Shown: piece by piece, positions 20,329 through 31,000 of the stretch
How the letters are laid out: every line of letters starts with the position of its first letter
How positions within the stretch are numbered: the stretch's first letter is position 1
Source of the DNA: an uncultured bacterium
GTDB lineage: Bacteria > CSSED10-310 > CAZUFC01
Direction: 5' to 3'
NCBI GenBank assembly: GCA_964619725.1
Contig: CAZUFC010000007.1
Location: 1-64,000 of the forward strand
Length of the DNA: 64,000 nt
The notes under the pieces: generated by a model
Told to the model about the DNA's origin: nothing
The model's input: the letters and a program-made list of their open reading frames with translations, nothing else
Database searches by the model: none
Program-made: the position numbers and the translations under genes

Positions 20329-23300
20329 TTACCGTTTTTTCCTCGTCAGGTATCCAGTAATTCCCAAGGCCGGTAAAATCAGGAGTAGTATGATGCCTCC
20401 CTCTCGAAGCGCCGGAATGCTGGGCGGCGTGGGAACAGCAGTGGGCGTAAAGGTTATAGCGTCAGTAGGGGTTTCGGTCGGGGGGTTCGACGGCGTAAGC
20501 GTTGGCGTTTCGGTGGGAACTGAGGAAGGAGTCAGCGTGGGCGAATGCGAAGGGGTCATTGAGGGAGTCCGGGTCGGAGATTCCGTCGGCGGAACGGTAG
20601 GTGTATTTTCCGGCGTTTCCGTGGGAACAGGAGTGGGCATCAAGGGAGCAGTTTCTTCTGGCATGTACTGCAGGTAGTCCGAGGGATAGGAAGTCATGTT
20701 GTAAGTTGCCTGAATCCAGCTTGAGCTCCGGGCAATCTTTGAAATACGCAATTCATCGATACAGCCTGCGATGGTATGTTGATCCGCCTCATAGGTTATG
20801 TATCTTCCTATTGCAGGTTGTCTTCCGTCTAAACTCAGCGGCAGATCGCATACCGGCAGGGAATCCTCGAAATCACCTCCGTCGACATACAATTTATGCT
20901 GACCGTTTCTTTCTGCGGTTGCTGCGGCCATATGCCAGTCTCCGTCGTGATATCCGTTTCCGTTGGAATAAATGAAATTTTCGCAGGGTCCTGAGCGACG
21001 GTCCAAGGCTTTAATTCGACCGTCGTCGCCGATAATTATGCCGATCCTATGATAGTTGCTTTCATCTTCGATATATAGCGTTGAGGGATATTCATCATTT
21101 GCCCGTATCCACCCCAGAATGGTATAATCATTTTGATTCTGGAACATTTCGCTACCCAGGATATAGTCGTCGTTTCCATCGAAGATTTGAGCGAGTCCGA
21201 CCTGTCCCGGCATCTGAGAAGGTTCCGCGGCGCTCTTTTTCGAGGCGTGATTCGTTCCGGCGCTGTCTTCGACCACGGCATCCTGGTTATCGTCAGCCAT
21301 GTGCCAGACTGCAAGATAATCCGGGTCCCAAACGCCTGCCCTGTTTTGCTGTGAACCGCATGCCGCATTGCCGTAATACATGTAAATGACCGTGTTCTCA
21401 GAAGCGGAAAGATGGGGTATTCTGACCCAGGCCGTCAGAATGGCGTTCATATCGTCGAATAACTCTATCTCATGATCGAGCTTGCTCGTGCCGTCCTGAG
21501 CCGTAAAGAGAATATCGTCTCCGTCCGGCTGTGCTGATGTGAATACAGGATTCTTGGATAAATTTATAGCGACGTGTACGGGGAAATCAGTTAAATCCGT
21601 TTCGCAGACGTCCGAAGAAATTACGATCTCCTGCCTGTAACCCCAGTTCATATCGTACCAGGAAGCTTCTCCGTCGGGCAGGACGATCCTGTCCACAGTC
21701 CCGTCGCCGTCATCATCAATGTAAAGGTTAGGGTCCACTTCCGATTCCTGCACGTACGTTTTTAAAATCGCTCCCGCATTCACCTCCACATCAGAATAGG
21801 CGAACCTGTTTTTCGTTTCGTCCGAAGCGTCGATAGTCTGAGCGCTTATCGTCACCGTAGAGTTCTCCAAAGCCTCAAATACATAATTATAATCTTCCGC
21901 TCCATAATCTGCGGAAATAACCTCGCCGATGACATAATCGATATCATTTTCCTCATCATACGCTGCCGTATCCTCGTAATAAGCGCCCGGAATCTCAAAA
22001 TCGATTTCGCCGCTCTGGTTTACTCCGACATGATTGCCGGCGGCATCATACAAATGCATACGCCCGGCAGGTCCGTATTCCGAATGCTTTCCATAATCCT
22101 TCTCACTCAGATCATCAAACCAGGGTATCCAGTCAGAAGCATACTTGACCGATGAACTGAAATGTTCATTCGGATGTATCGTGAAGACTCCATGATTAGC
22201 GTCAATTTTACGATAACCTTTGTCCTCGCCCGACGCGTCCGTTATGACGTGCAGGGGCAACTCCCCGGAATAATCCGAAGTGTTTATAACGCTGCCGTAT
22301 GGGACAGGGATGTATGTCGCATTATAAGGATTGTCCGATTTATATACGAATGAACTGTGCCAATGGCCGCTCAAAACCAATGAAGCCGAATCGCCGAGTC
22401 GGCCGTCGTGGTCCGGATCACGAAGAGTGGACCAGGTTTCCGTGCGATTCTGGATTATGCAGCCGTTTCCGCAGTCATCTTCATCGTAATTGTGACTCGA
22501 ACTGCAGCACACAACCGGGTGATGCATAAAGACTACTTTATACCGATAAGGATACTCCTGCAGCCGGCTTTCCAGCCAGGTATGCTGACTGCCGCTTAAT
22601 CCGCTTCCTTCTGGGAACCAATCGATTATGGGCCATATACAGACAGGCCATATATAAAGTTTGCATCCTTCATACCAGTCTGCGTCGCAACCGGAATTGA
22701 CCGAGATTAAACTAATATTATTGATGTTCACGCGGTAATTCAGGTCATTTTCAACATAATACTGATAGTTTCCCATGCCGGCTATCCTGCAGTCATGATT
22801 ACCCGGAGTCGTATAATAGGGCATGTTCAGGTCTGAAACGATATCCACGAAATCCTGATAATATGAAGAACCGACGGCCCCGCTGCCCCAATGAACCAGG
22901 TCGCCTGAAATGACCACGAAATCAGGCGCGGGACTCATGTTGTTTATAAACGTAACCAGGTCCTCAAACCTGTCCGCTGCGCCTGTGGTTCCTACATGCG
23001 GGTCTGTTACATGCAGGAAGGAATAATTTGAGACAGGCGTCGACGTATGAATCTGCGTCGGAGTCCGCGTCGGCGTCTTGGTAGGGGTCCGGGTTGGAGT
23101 GCGGCTGGGAGCTCCTGTAGGCGTTCGAGTGGGAGTGCGCGTCGGATATCCCGTGGGGGTTCGGGTCGGCGTCCTGGTGGGCGTTCGAGTAGACGGGTTG
23201 CTGGTCGGCGTTCTGGTCGGCGTGCGGGTGGGCTCCTGCGAATACTCGCTGGGATAAACAGCGATGAAAAAAGTCCACGCATTATCTTGCGTATTTCCAT

Positions 23301-24165
23301 CATGATCTGTCATCGCCAATTCGAAATCGTCCGAGCCTAAATTCACCGCCCCGGTTATTCGAGGAGTCCAGCCCCATTGAGCGCATGTTATCGCACATGG
23401 ATTCCCGGGAAAATTCACATCGTAGTAAATCGTATCATGATCCCCGTACTGCCCTAATGCCGACTCTATCCTTAATCCGGTAGAGGCGTTAACATATTCC
23501 GACGGATATACCGCCAACCATAACACATAGGCGTTGTCGACGTCATTGCCCTCATGGTCCTTTAAAGCCAGTGAAAAACCGGAGCTGCTGTGATTGACCG
23601 GACAGGACATGTGAGGCACACCATAGGATTGAGCGCTGGTTACGACATGAGGCGTCCCCGGAAAATTCTGATTGTACGTAACGGAATCTTGATGACCGAG
23701 TTGCTGACAACGCGCCTCTATCATCAGTCCCGTTCCCGGATCGCTGAACTCATTGGGATAAACCGCTATCCACAAAACCCAGGCATCCTGCTCTTCGTTC
23801 CCTTCATGATCCCGCAGCTTTATTCGAAATCTGTCCGCCGTATGGTCCGCAGCACACGCGGGCTTCGGTTCGTAAAGCTCCTGAGCGCATACCACCACAG
23901 TCGGTGTCGAGGGAAAATCCAGGTCATAATAAACATAATCATTGTGATCCATCTGAGTGCAGCCCGTTTCAATCATTAAACCCTTTTCCCTATCCATAAA
24001 CGTATGGCGATAAGGCTTCATGACTTCGATCCGGTCCTCTTGCTCTTCGGCCATTCCCTGAGTTACAGGGCATCCGCACAAGAAACCGACCGTTATGAAA
24101 AAAACTGTGGTCAATAAAATACTTAACCTGCTTAAAGTAAACATAATGCCTCCCATTCTTGCCAT
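20329..24165 (-). CDS. Large secreted multidomain protein: 3x H-type-lectin-like repeats, P/T linker, metallophosphoesterase, DUF2341-like + LamG-like domains, P/T linker, IPTL-CTERM-like anchor
   Basis: Signal peptide; three ~84-aa repeats; DPH, GDLV, GNHD, HHP, GHWH motifs; DDILFT..DG..KLDHEIE...WVRIP..IYMYYGN; IDELRIS; C-term IPALRE-TM-RKKR. Confidence 0.8.
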   Translation of the reverse strand: MARMGGIMFTLSRLSILLTTVFFITVGFLCGCPVTQGMAEEQEDRIEVMKPYRHTFMDREKGLMIETGCTQMDHNDYVYYDLDFPSTPTVVVCAQELYEPKPACAADHTADRFRIKLRDHEGNEEQDAWVLWIAVYPNEFSDPGTGLMIEARCQQLGHQDSVTYNQNFPGTPHVVTSAQSYGVPHMSCPVNHSSSGFSLALKDHEGNDVDNAYVLWLAVYPSEYVNASTGLRIESALGQYGDHDTIYYDVNFPGNPCAITCAQWGWTPRITGAVNLGSDDFELAMTDHDGNTQDNAWTFFIAVYPSEYSQEPTRTPTRTPTSNPSTRTPTRTPTRTPTGYPTRTPTRTPTGAPSRTPTRTPTKTPTRTPTQIHTSTPVSNYSFLHVTDPHVGTTGAADRFEDLVTFINNMSPAPDFVVISGDLVHWGSGAVGSSYYQDFVDIVSDLNMPYYTTPGNHDCRIAGMGNYQYYVENDLNYRVNINNISLISVNSGCDADWYEGCKLYIWPVCIWPIIDWFPEGSGLSGSQHTWLESRLQEYPYRYKVVFMHHPVVCCSSSHNYDEDDCGNGCIIQNRTETWSTLRDPDHDGRLGDSASLVLSGHWHSSFVYKSDNPYNATYIPVPYGSVINTSDYSGELPLHVITDASGEDKGYRKIDANHGVFTIHPNEHFSSSVKYASDWIPWFDDLSEKDYGKHSEYGPAGRMHLYDAAGNHVGVNQSGEIDFEIPGAYYEDTAAYDEENDIDYVIGEVISADYGAEDYNYVFEALENSTVTISAQTIDASDETKNRFAYSDVEVNAGAILKTYVQESEVDPNLYIDDDGDGTVDRIVLPDGEASWYDMNWGYRQEIVISSDVCETDLTDFPVHVAINLSKNPVFTSAQPDGDDILFTAQDGTSKLDHEIELFDDMNAILTAWVRIPHLSASENTVIYMYYGNAACGSQQNRAGVWDPDYLAVWHMADDNQDAVVEDSAGTNHASKKSAAEPSQMPGQVGLAQIFDGNDDYILGSEMFQNQNDYTILGWIRANDEYPSTLYIEDESNYHRIGIIIGDDGRIKALDRRSGPCENFIYSNGNGYHDGDWHMAAATAERNGQHKLYVDGGDFEDSLPVCDLPLSLDGRQPAIGRYITYEADQHTIAGCIDELRISKIARSSSWIQATYNMTSYPSDYLQYMPEETAPLMPTPVPTETPENTPTVPPTESPTRTPSMTPSHSPTLTPSSVPTETPTLTPSNPPTETPTDAITFTPTAVPTPPSIPALREGGIILLLILPALGITGYLTRKKR

Positions 24166-24385
24166 TTCAGCAAATCTTGCGAAATAAAATCAAATATTAA
24201 CGCCTTGTTTCCCTTTTCCCATTTTATTAAATCTTTCACTTTTCCTACTCCAGCCTCTGCAGACCCTTCGGATTTGAATATAAATCAAATTCTTTTAAAA
24301 ATCAAATCTCACTTATATGTCGCTGCTGAAACTACTTTTTAAGCGTACAAAATGACTTCTGTTGTCCTTTTCGTCCCTTTAAAAA

Positions 24386-24580
24386 ATGAATTTCGATAAG
24401 GCGGACTTTGAAACGGGGACCACGAAAATTACCATTCCAAAAGAATTCACCTGGCCCGATACAGGCTAAAAAGAAATTCAGGGACTTACATTCCGGGGCG
24501 TCATGCTGGATGAAACAGTGAACTATATCAAGGGTGATTATGCCTTGGTTGTGGGTACTGGTCTTACTAGCAAAGAAGAA
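24386..24580 (+). pseudogene. Probable degraded gene fragment (in-frame TAA at 24467-24469)
   Basis: Frame reads MNFDKADFETGTTKITIPKEFTWPDTG*KEIQGLTFRGVMLDETVNYIKGDYALVVG and runs into the 9-mer repeat. Confidence 0.35.
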
Positions 24581-24640
24581 AGGGACGAAGGGACGAAGGG
24601 ACCTAAGGGACCTAAGAGACCTAAGGGACAGAAGGGACGG
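24579..24640 (+). repeat. Degenerate tandem 8-9-nt repeat (AAGGGACNN)
   Basis: aagggacgaagggacgaagggacctaagggacctaagagacctaagggacagaagggacgg. Confidence 0.85.
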
Positions 24641-24691
24641 TTGTAATATAAAATCTTCTTATTATCAAAAAACGGTATCGGAAAATTAACC

Positions 24692-24803
24692 GTCTCAGAG
24701 AAGAAACGGATTTTGGGGACTGATTATATACGCGGACGTTGCCGTCTTGTTCGGCGATAAATCTTTGTCTCAGAGAAGAAACGGATTTTGGGGACTGATT
24801 ATA
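24692..24803. CRISPR. CRISPR-like mini-unit: two identical 37-nt repeats with one 38-nt spacer, no cas genes in window
   Basis: GTCTCAGAGAAGAAACGGATTTTGGGGACTGATTATA at 24692-24728 and 24767-24803; the direct repeat is certain, the CRISPR interpretation is not. Confidence 0.3.
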
Positions 24804-25007
24804 CTTGGGCTGGACTTTTTCATAAAACCTTTGACTGACTGAAATCCACTGTTTTTTTTCATCAAGGGCTGCTTGTTTCGATATCAGTACCGGTATCGCA
24901 ATCGGAATACTTAATTGCATGGAGATTTGTTTTGCCTTTATCTTATTTTCAGGGCTTCCTGATTATTCAAGTCTGCAAAAAATGTAACCTCAAAACACGG
25001 ATATCTG
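24791..25007 (+). repeat. Dispersed intergenic repeat element (second long copy)
   Basis: Homologous to reverse complement of 13164-13411 with internal indels. Confidence 0.75.
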
Positions 25008-25079
25008 GTTCAGCGCCGGAATTTTTTAAGCTTCCAAAATGGCTTCCGTTCTCCTTTTCGTCCTTTTTGAAATCTTACA

Positions 25080-28000
25080 TTACTGAATTACTTGTTTTTT
25101 TTTAAACGCAGCGGCCATGCAAACCGATATAAGGAGAATCACGATCGCCAGGACGCTTGTGGAAGCGGCAGGAATCTGGTGCTGCTGGGGTATGGTCGGC
25201 GTGGGAGTGGGCGTCGGCGCCGGCGCGCCGCTGCAGTCGTAAACGAATTCGCCGTCAATGACGTTGAATCCTGCCGTATGATCTTTAAGCTCGGATATCG
25301 TAACTGCACTTCGATCACCTTCTTCGCAACCGTCGCATTTAACCCGGAACCTTAGTATCGCGAAATCGCCTTCGGCATTCTGAGAGACCTTTGCATCGGG
25401 ATCGAATCCCCCGATTCTGACAACGCCCGGTTCGATACGGTTGCCGGCGAAGAATTCGAAACCGGAAATCAGGCCGGTTTTGCGGCATGAATCGTACTGA
25501 AGCATGTTCGGATCGTAATGTACTTCAAAAGCGAACGCTTCTATGTTTCTCTGCCCGTTTTGCAGTCTGACGGCCGTTTCTATGTAATCGTCGTTGCAGC
25601 CTTGCGCATCGGAAACGGTGATCGTTCCGCCCGCGGGTTCGGGCAGGGACAGGTCGGACATGGACATGAACCTTCCTGCTTCTGCGGACTTCTGCACTTC
25701 GTGCACGCAGTCGCAGTCAAGCATCAGGTAGTGCAGGAATATGCATTGACCGTCTCCGGGCGACACCTGGTCGTTGCCGTTGCAGTCGGCCGAGCAGAGT
25801 TCTTCATAAGTGGGATGCGCTATGTACATCAGGTAAATCTTGTAGGCCATGAGCGCGTCGTAGGGGGTCATGCTGAAGTCGTTGTTGACGTCTCCGTCGT
25901 GTATGCAGCCGGGCGGGCAGAGATCGTCCTGGGGATATCCCAGCCAGGGTTCGTATATGACGTATCCCCAAATTTCATCGCCGCCGCCTATTCCCCAGCC
26001 GGAAGGTCCGTCGGAAGCGCCCCACCAGTTGAAGTCGGCCCGTACTGGTCCGTCCAGGGCTTCATCGTCCACGATGAGACCGTACTGGTCGTTGTTCGCT
26101 ATATTGTTGTATTCGATGAAGCCGCCCGGCATGACGTAAGGTCCGCCGTAAGGACCCGATCCTGAAAACACGTATATGCCTTCCGCATTGTCGGTGATGT
26201 CGTTGCACATCATGGTTATGTCTTCTATATCCCATAACCGTACGGCCTGACCTTCGCCTTCGTCGCCCTGGCTGACTCCCGTTATCGTGTTGTCCCGGAC
26301 TTCCGCTTCCAGCGCATGGTTTATCTCCAGCGCGGCTATGAAGTCGCCGGACTGTCCCTGAATGCCGCCTATGTTCTCCCAGACGTTGTCCCGCACCTCA
26401 AGATGAGTGATTTTGTCGCCGTGATTGCCCCTCAGAGCCACCGTGCCGTTGCAGTCATGAATGTGATTGCCTGTGAAGGTCACATGCGTCAGTTCGTACT
26501 CGTTTTCTCCGTCCCATCCCGGCACGGACGGGTCCGTATCGAAAACGGCGCCGCCCAATATGTTTTTGAATTCCGTGTCGGTCACCGTCAGCGTTCCCGT
26601 CAGCCTGTTGCCGTAGAACCCGTGCCTGTGGCTCACGTTTTCTCCGTCTATGACGCAGTCGTTTATCGTCAGGTCCTTGATTATGCCTGAATTAGTCAAT
26701 TGAACCACGCGGTTATATCCGGCGTATCCTTTCAGATAGAGATTTTCGATGGTCAGTCCGTCCAGCGCGTAAATGTTCTGGAATTTTAATCCTCCGTCAA
26801 TGACTGGACGATTTTGCGCATCGCCTCTGACGGTGATTCCCGTTTTCTCGAATCCCGTATCGAAAAGCACAGTCTCGGAATAGGAACCGGGATTCACAAG
26901 AACAAGTCCGCCTGAAGAGACAGCGGTCACTGCTTCCTTGACCTTTGCGAACGCGTCGTACCCGAAAGTGTATCCCGGACCCACTATTTCGCCGGGAGCG
27001 CTGCCGGTCCAGTCGTCGTCAACATTGACCGTATTCGGCTGCGGGGTTGAAGTGGACGACGGCGTGGAAGTCGGGGACATCGTGGGCGTCCGTGTAGGCG
27101 TATAAGACCCTGCGGGCGTATCGGTCACGGTAGCGGTCGGCGTCGAAGTCACCGTGGGCGTGGGGCTGACCGTCGGCGTCAGGGTTACTGTGGGCGAAGG
27201 CGTCGCCGTGGGGACAAGGAGCTCAAAATCACGGTTCACAAGTATATTGCTCATCACTTCTAGGCCGGTAAGCGTCTGGGGAGAATAACCGGAAGCTCCG
27301 GCTGTCACGTCGTATGTCCCGTTCGGAAGATGTTCGATACGATAATAACCGTTCTCGTCCGTTCCGTCTGGATCATGATAACCGCCGCTTGCGGTCACCG
27401 ATGCTCCCTCGAGCGGATCAAGCGTGTCGCCGTCCCTCACATAGCCGGTTATGCCGCCGCCTACCCTGAAATTCCAGTTCCACTCCGGACAGTCGTAACA
27501 ATTGGAATAATTGCCCGTTTCATGCGCTTCCACCTTCAGTTGAATGTCCGGAGAACCCGAAGGCACAGTCCAATACCATGTATGAAACTCCTCGTCGTTA
27601 TGATCGAAAACCACGTTCCAGTCTTCGCCTTCGGCATGGCTGTCCCATTCGACCGTTCCCGTATCACCGTCCGTATCAATCTTCAACGTATAAGTCGTTT
27701 CATATTGATCGAAAGGATGAGGATTCTCGCCTCTGACCATGATCCTGGCCGTATCGCCCGGATAGAAAACCCTCTGAGACTCTCCCTGAAGGTTCAGAAT
27801 ACTCACCGACTGAACACGCGGGTCAAGATCAAACGTTATCTCGTCGCAGAAATGAGGAAACGTCTGAGCTATCGCATCGGCCTGCGCCTGGTCTTCCGCA
27901 CAGACGTACGTCGTGGTCGAATCAAGCGTTATCATGGCCATTGAATTGGTCGTCACGACATAATGGCCGCCGTTGAAATGCTGCGTTCTTATCTCGAACC

Positions 28001-31000
28001 GGTTGCCGGCAGTGCCGTTCGGATTCACGTTCAAAAAGACGGGATCGAATGAAAAACCGTAAGTCCCGCTCGGTATCATATCGTTCAATTCCGCGATAAG
28101 ATGACCGTTCACATATAAATCAATGTAATGCGGCCTTACATCGGAACGGGGCGAAAAATGCGTATAAATGACCGCACGGGTTACCTCTTCCATGCCGACC
28201 GATACTCTGAATCCCATCGATATTCGCGGCCGGTTCGTGCAGAACCAGCCCGACATGCCGTAGCAGAATTCCGACCCCGGAACCGTCGCGGCATAGATCG
28301 ATTTCGGCGCTTCACATTCGTAGGTCAACGGCAGAACGACCTCTTCCCCGCCCGCCGTCGCCTTCAGCTCCCCGGACAACGTGCTCTCACCGGGACTGAA
28401 TACCGGTTCGGCCTGAAATTCGACGTACTCCGCATGACCCAGACGATAATGCTCCACCTGCGGGATAAACAACACGCGTCCCAGCAGGCCTCCCTGGTCA
28501 GTCACCGACAGGTCCGTCAGGGTATCTCCGTCGTTCGATACTCTTAACGTTTTAACCAGGGTCGTTTCGTCTTCGCTCTCTTCCGTCATGGCGTAATCTA
28601 CGTTGGGCCATATGACTTTAATCAGCGTCGGAGCGCAATCGGTAATCGGATCGGACTGTTCATTTGCGGTAAGGCTTACGACTATGTCTTCAAAAATAAC
28701 ATGTCCCTGTCCGTCCACAGGTTCAACGTCCTGAGCGTGAATCACCAGCTCCACCTGCTCGCTTTCGCCCGGACCCAGGACTATCGTTTCGTCTTCGCTG
28801 CCCGGACCCGTGAAGTTTACAATCAGCTCCCCGTTCGGATTATCTATGCTCAATTCCGCTTCATGTCCTACAACATCGTCGTTGCGAACCGTTACCGAGG
28901 CATGCTGATCATAGTCGCGGTCCACGACGAACACATAATCGTCGCTCGTAAATACCACGCCTTTCCTCGTGTGGAAAGTCCACACCTGCGTGTCTGTAGT
29001 CCCGCACAACGATTCCGCATGCACATACCATATATAAGTTGTACTCCGTTCAAATCCCTCCACTTCAACGCTGTGGAACTTCTGATCGGAGCCCATGGAA
29101 ACCTCCGTCCAGGCTCCCGGACCGTTTTTGCGATAATACAGGGTCGTATCGCTTTCCGCTGACGTCCGGCAACTGAACGTTATGTCGTTGCTTGCCGTTT
29201 TGGCATCGTCTTTCGGATATCTGAGCGATACTTCGATGCTCGAGGTTACTTCCAGTTCGCCGTCTGCAGCAAAATCCTGTCCCATTTCCTGGGATGCCGC
29301 ATGGAACTGAAACGGATAATCACCCGTATCGCCGCAATCGGAAGAAACGTCCACGGAGAAAATGCATACTTCAGAGTCGCCTGCGTTGACGAACATCTGC
29401 GCAGGATTGACGTCATACCAGCTTACAGGCAGAGAACCCGTCACCGACATGTCGAACGTATCCGGCCCGTAATTGTCGTTAGTCAATGTAACGAAATAAT
29501 AGGGATTGGTTCCGACGGGAGCCGACTGAAGTTCCGGCGAAAGCTGCAATCCCACCTGATCGGGACAGTAAAGAATAGGAACTGTGCGTGCGCCGGTATT
29601 ATTCCCTTCATCCGTTTCGGAAACTTCATCAAGAACGTCAGCCGCCGCTGAACAGACATATCCGCATACGGCAGTCCACGTCTGATAAACAGTCGTCGTC
29701 TCATCCGGCGACAATCCCGGTACTGTATGATCGTCACCGATCTGAACAGCTCCCGTACCGTCGTCTTCGTAAAACCTTACGGTAAAGGAACCCGAAGAGG
29801 CATCACCCCGGTTCCATATCCGAAGACTTAACGTCGTCGTCTGATTTTCCTCGGGATTCACAGGATCGAAACCGATATATTGGTTTTTGACCACCAGGTC
29901 GGGTCCCGGAGTCGGAGTATCCGTTGGCAAAGGCGAAGCCGTAAAGGTGCTGCTGGCCGTCGGAGTAGGACTGAGCGTCGGCGTGTTCGTCACCGTCCTG
30001 GTCGGACTCAGTGTCGGCGTCGAAGATAAAGTGGGCGTGGCGCTAAGCGTGGGCGTCTGAGTCACGGTCGGCGTATTGGTTATCGTCGGGGTCAGCGTCG
30101 CCGTCGGTATAAGCAGATTGAAATTACGGTTGATCAGAACTTCTCCCTGAACTTCAAGGTCGGTCAGAGTCTGAGGAGCATATCCCGATGCCCCTGCCGT
30201 CACATTATACGTTCCGTTTCTCATTCTGTTTATTTCATAGTAACCGTTTTCATCCGTACCGTCCGGATCGCGATATCCACCGCTCGCCGTTACCGATGCC
30301 CCCTCAATCGGCTGCTCCGTATCCTCATCTTTCACATATCCCGTTATGCCGCCGCCTACGCTGAAGTTCCAGTTCCAGCCGGGACAATCCCAGCATTCGT
30401 CGTAATCCTGAGCGTTATGCGCTTCCACCTTCAGACGGATCGACGGATGTCCCGAAGGAACCCTCCACGACCACGTATGAAAGTCCTCGCTGTTGTGAGG
30501 CAGTATCACGCGCCAGTCGGACGCTTCTTCGTGACTGTCGTAATCCGGTATGTCGTCCCCGTCCGTATCGATTTTTAAACTGTATTTTACGTCGTAAGTA
30601 TCGAATGGATGAGGATTCTCCGCTCTCACCTCCACGTTTACCGTCTCATCCGGATAAAAAACCCGGCATGGATTCCCGTAATCATCCAGTATTCTTATCG
30701 TCTGAACCCTCGGATCAAGATCGAAATCATACTCATCGCAATTATGAGGCAATATCTGCGCTATCGCTTCTGCCTGCGCCTCGTTCTCCGCGCAGATGAA
30801 GGCAGTTGTCGGCTCAAGCATCACGACGGCCAGCGATGATGAAGAGACGACATAATGACCGCCGTTGAAATGCTGCGTTCGTATGCTGAAAGTGTTTTTC
30901 GCCGTCCCTCCTGGATTCTCGTTTAAATAGGCCGGATCGAATGAGAATCCGTATGTCCCGCTCGGCACTATATCGTTCAGTTCGCCGATCAGATGATCGT

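Noticed and set aside
24621-24920. 99-aa minus-strand ORF with repeated YNQSPKSVSSLR
   Set aside because: Simply the translation of the 37-nt direct repeat and the dispersed element; similar short ORFs at 4321-4575 and 13164-13352 also overlap element copies
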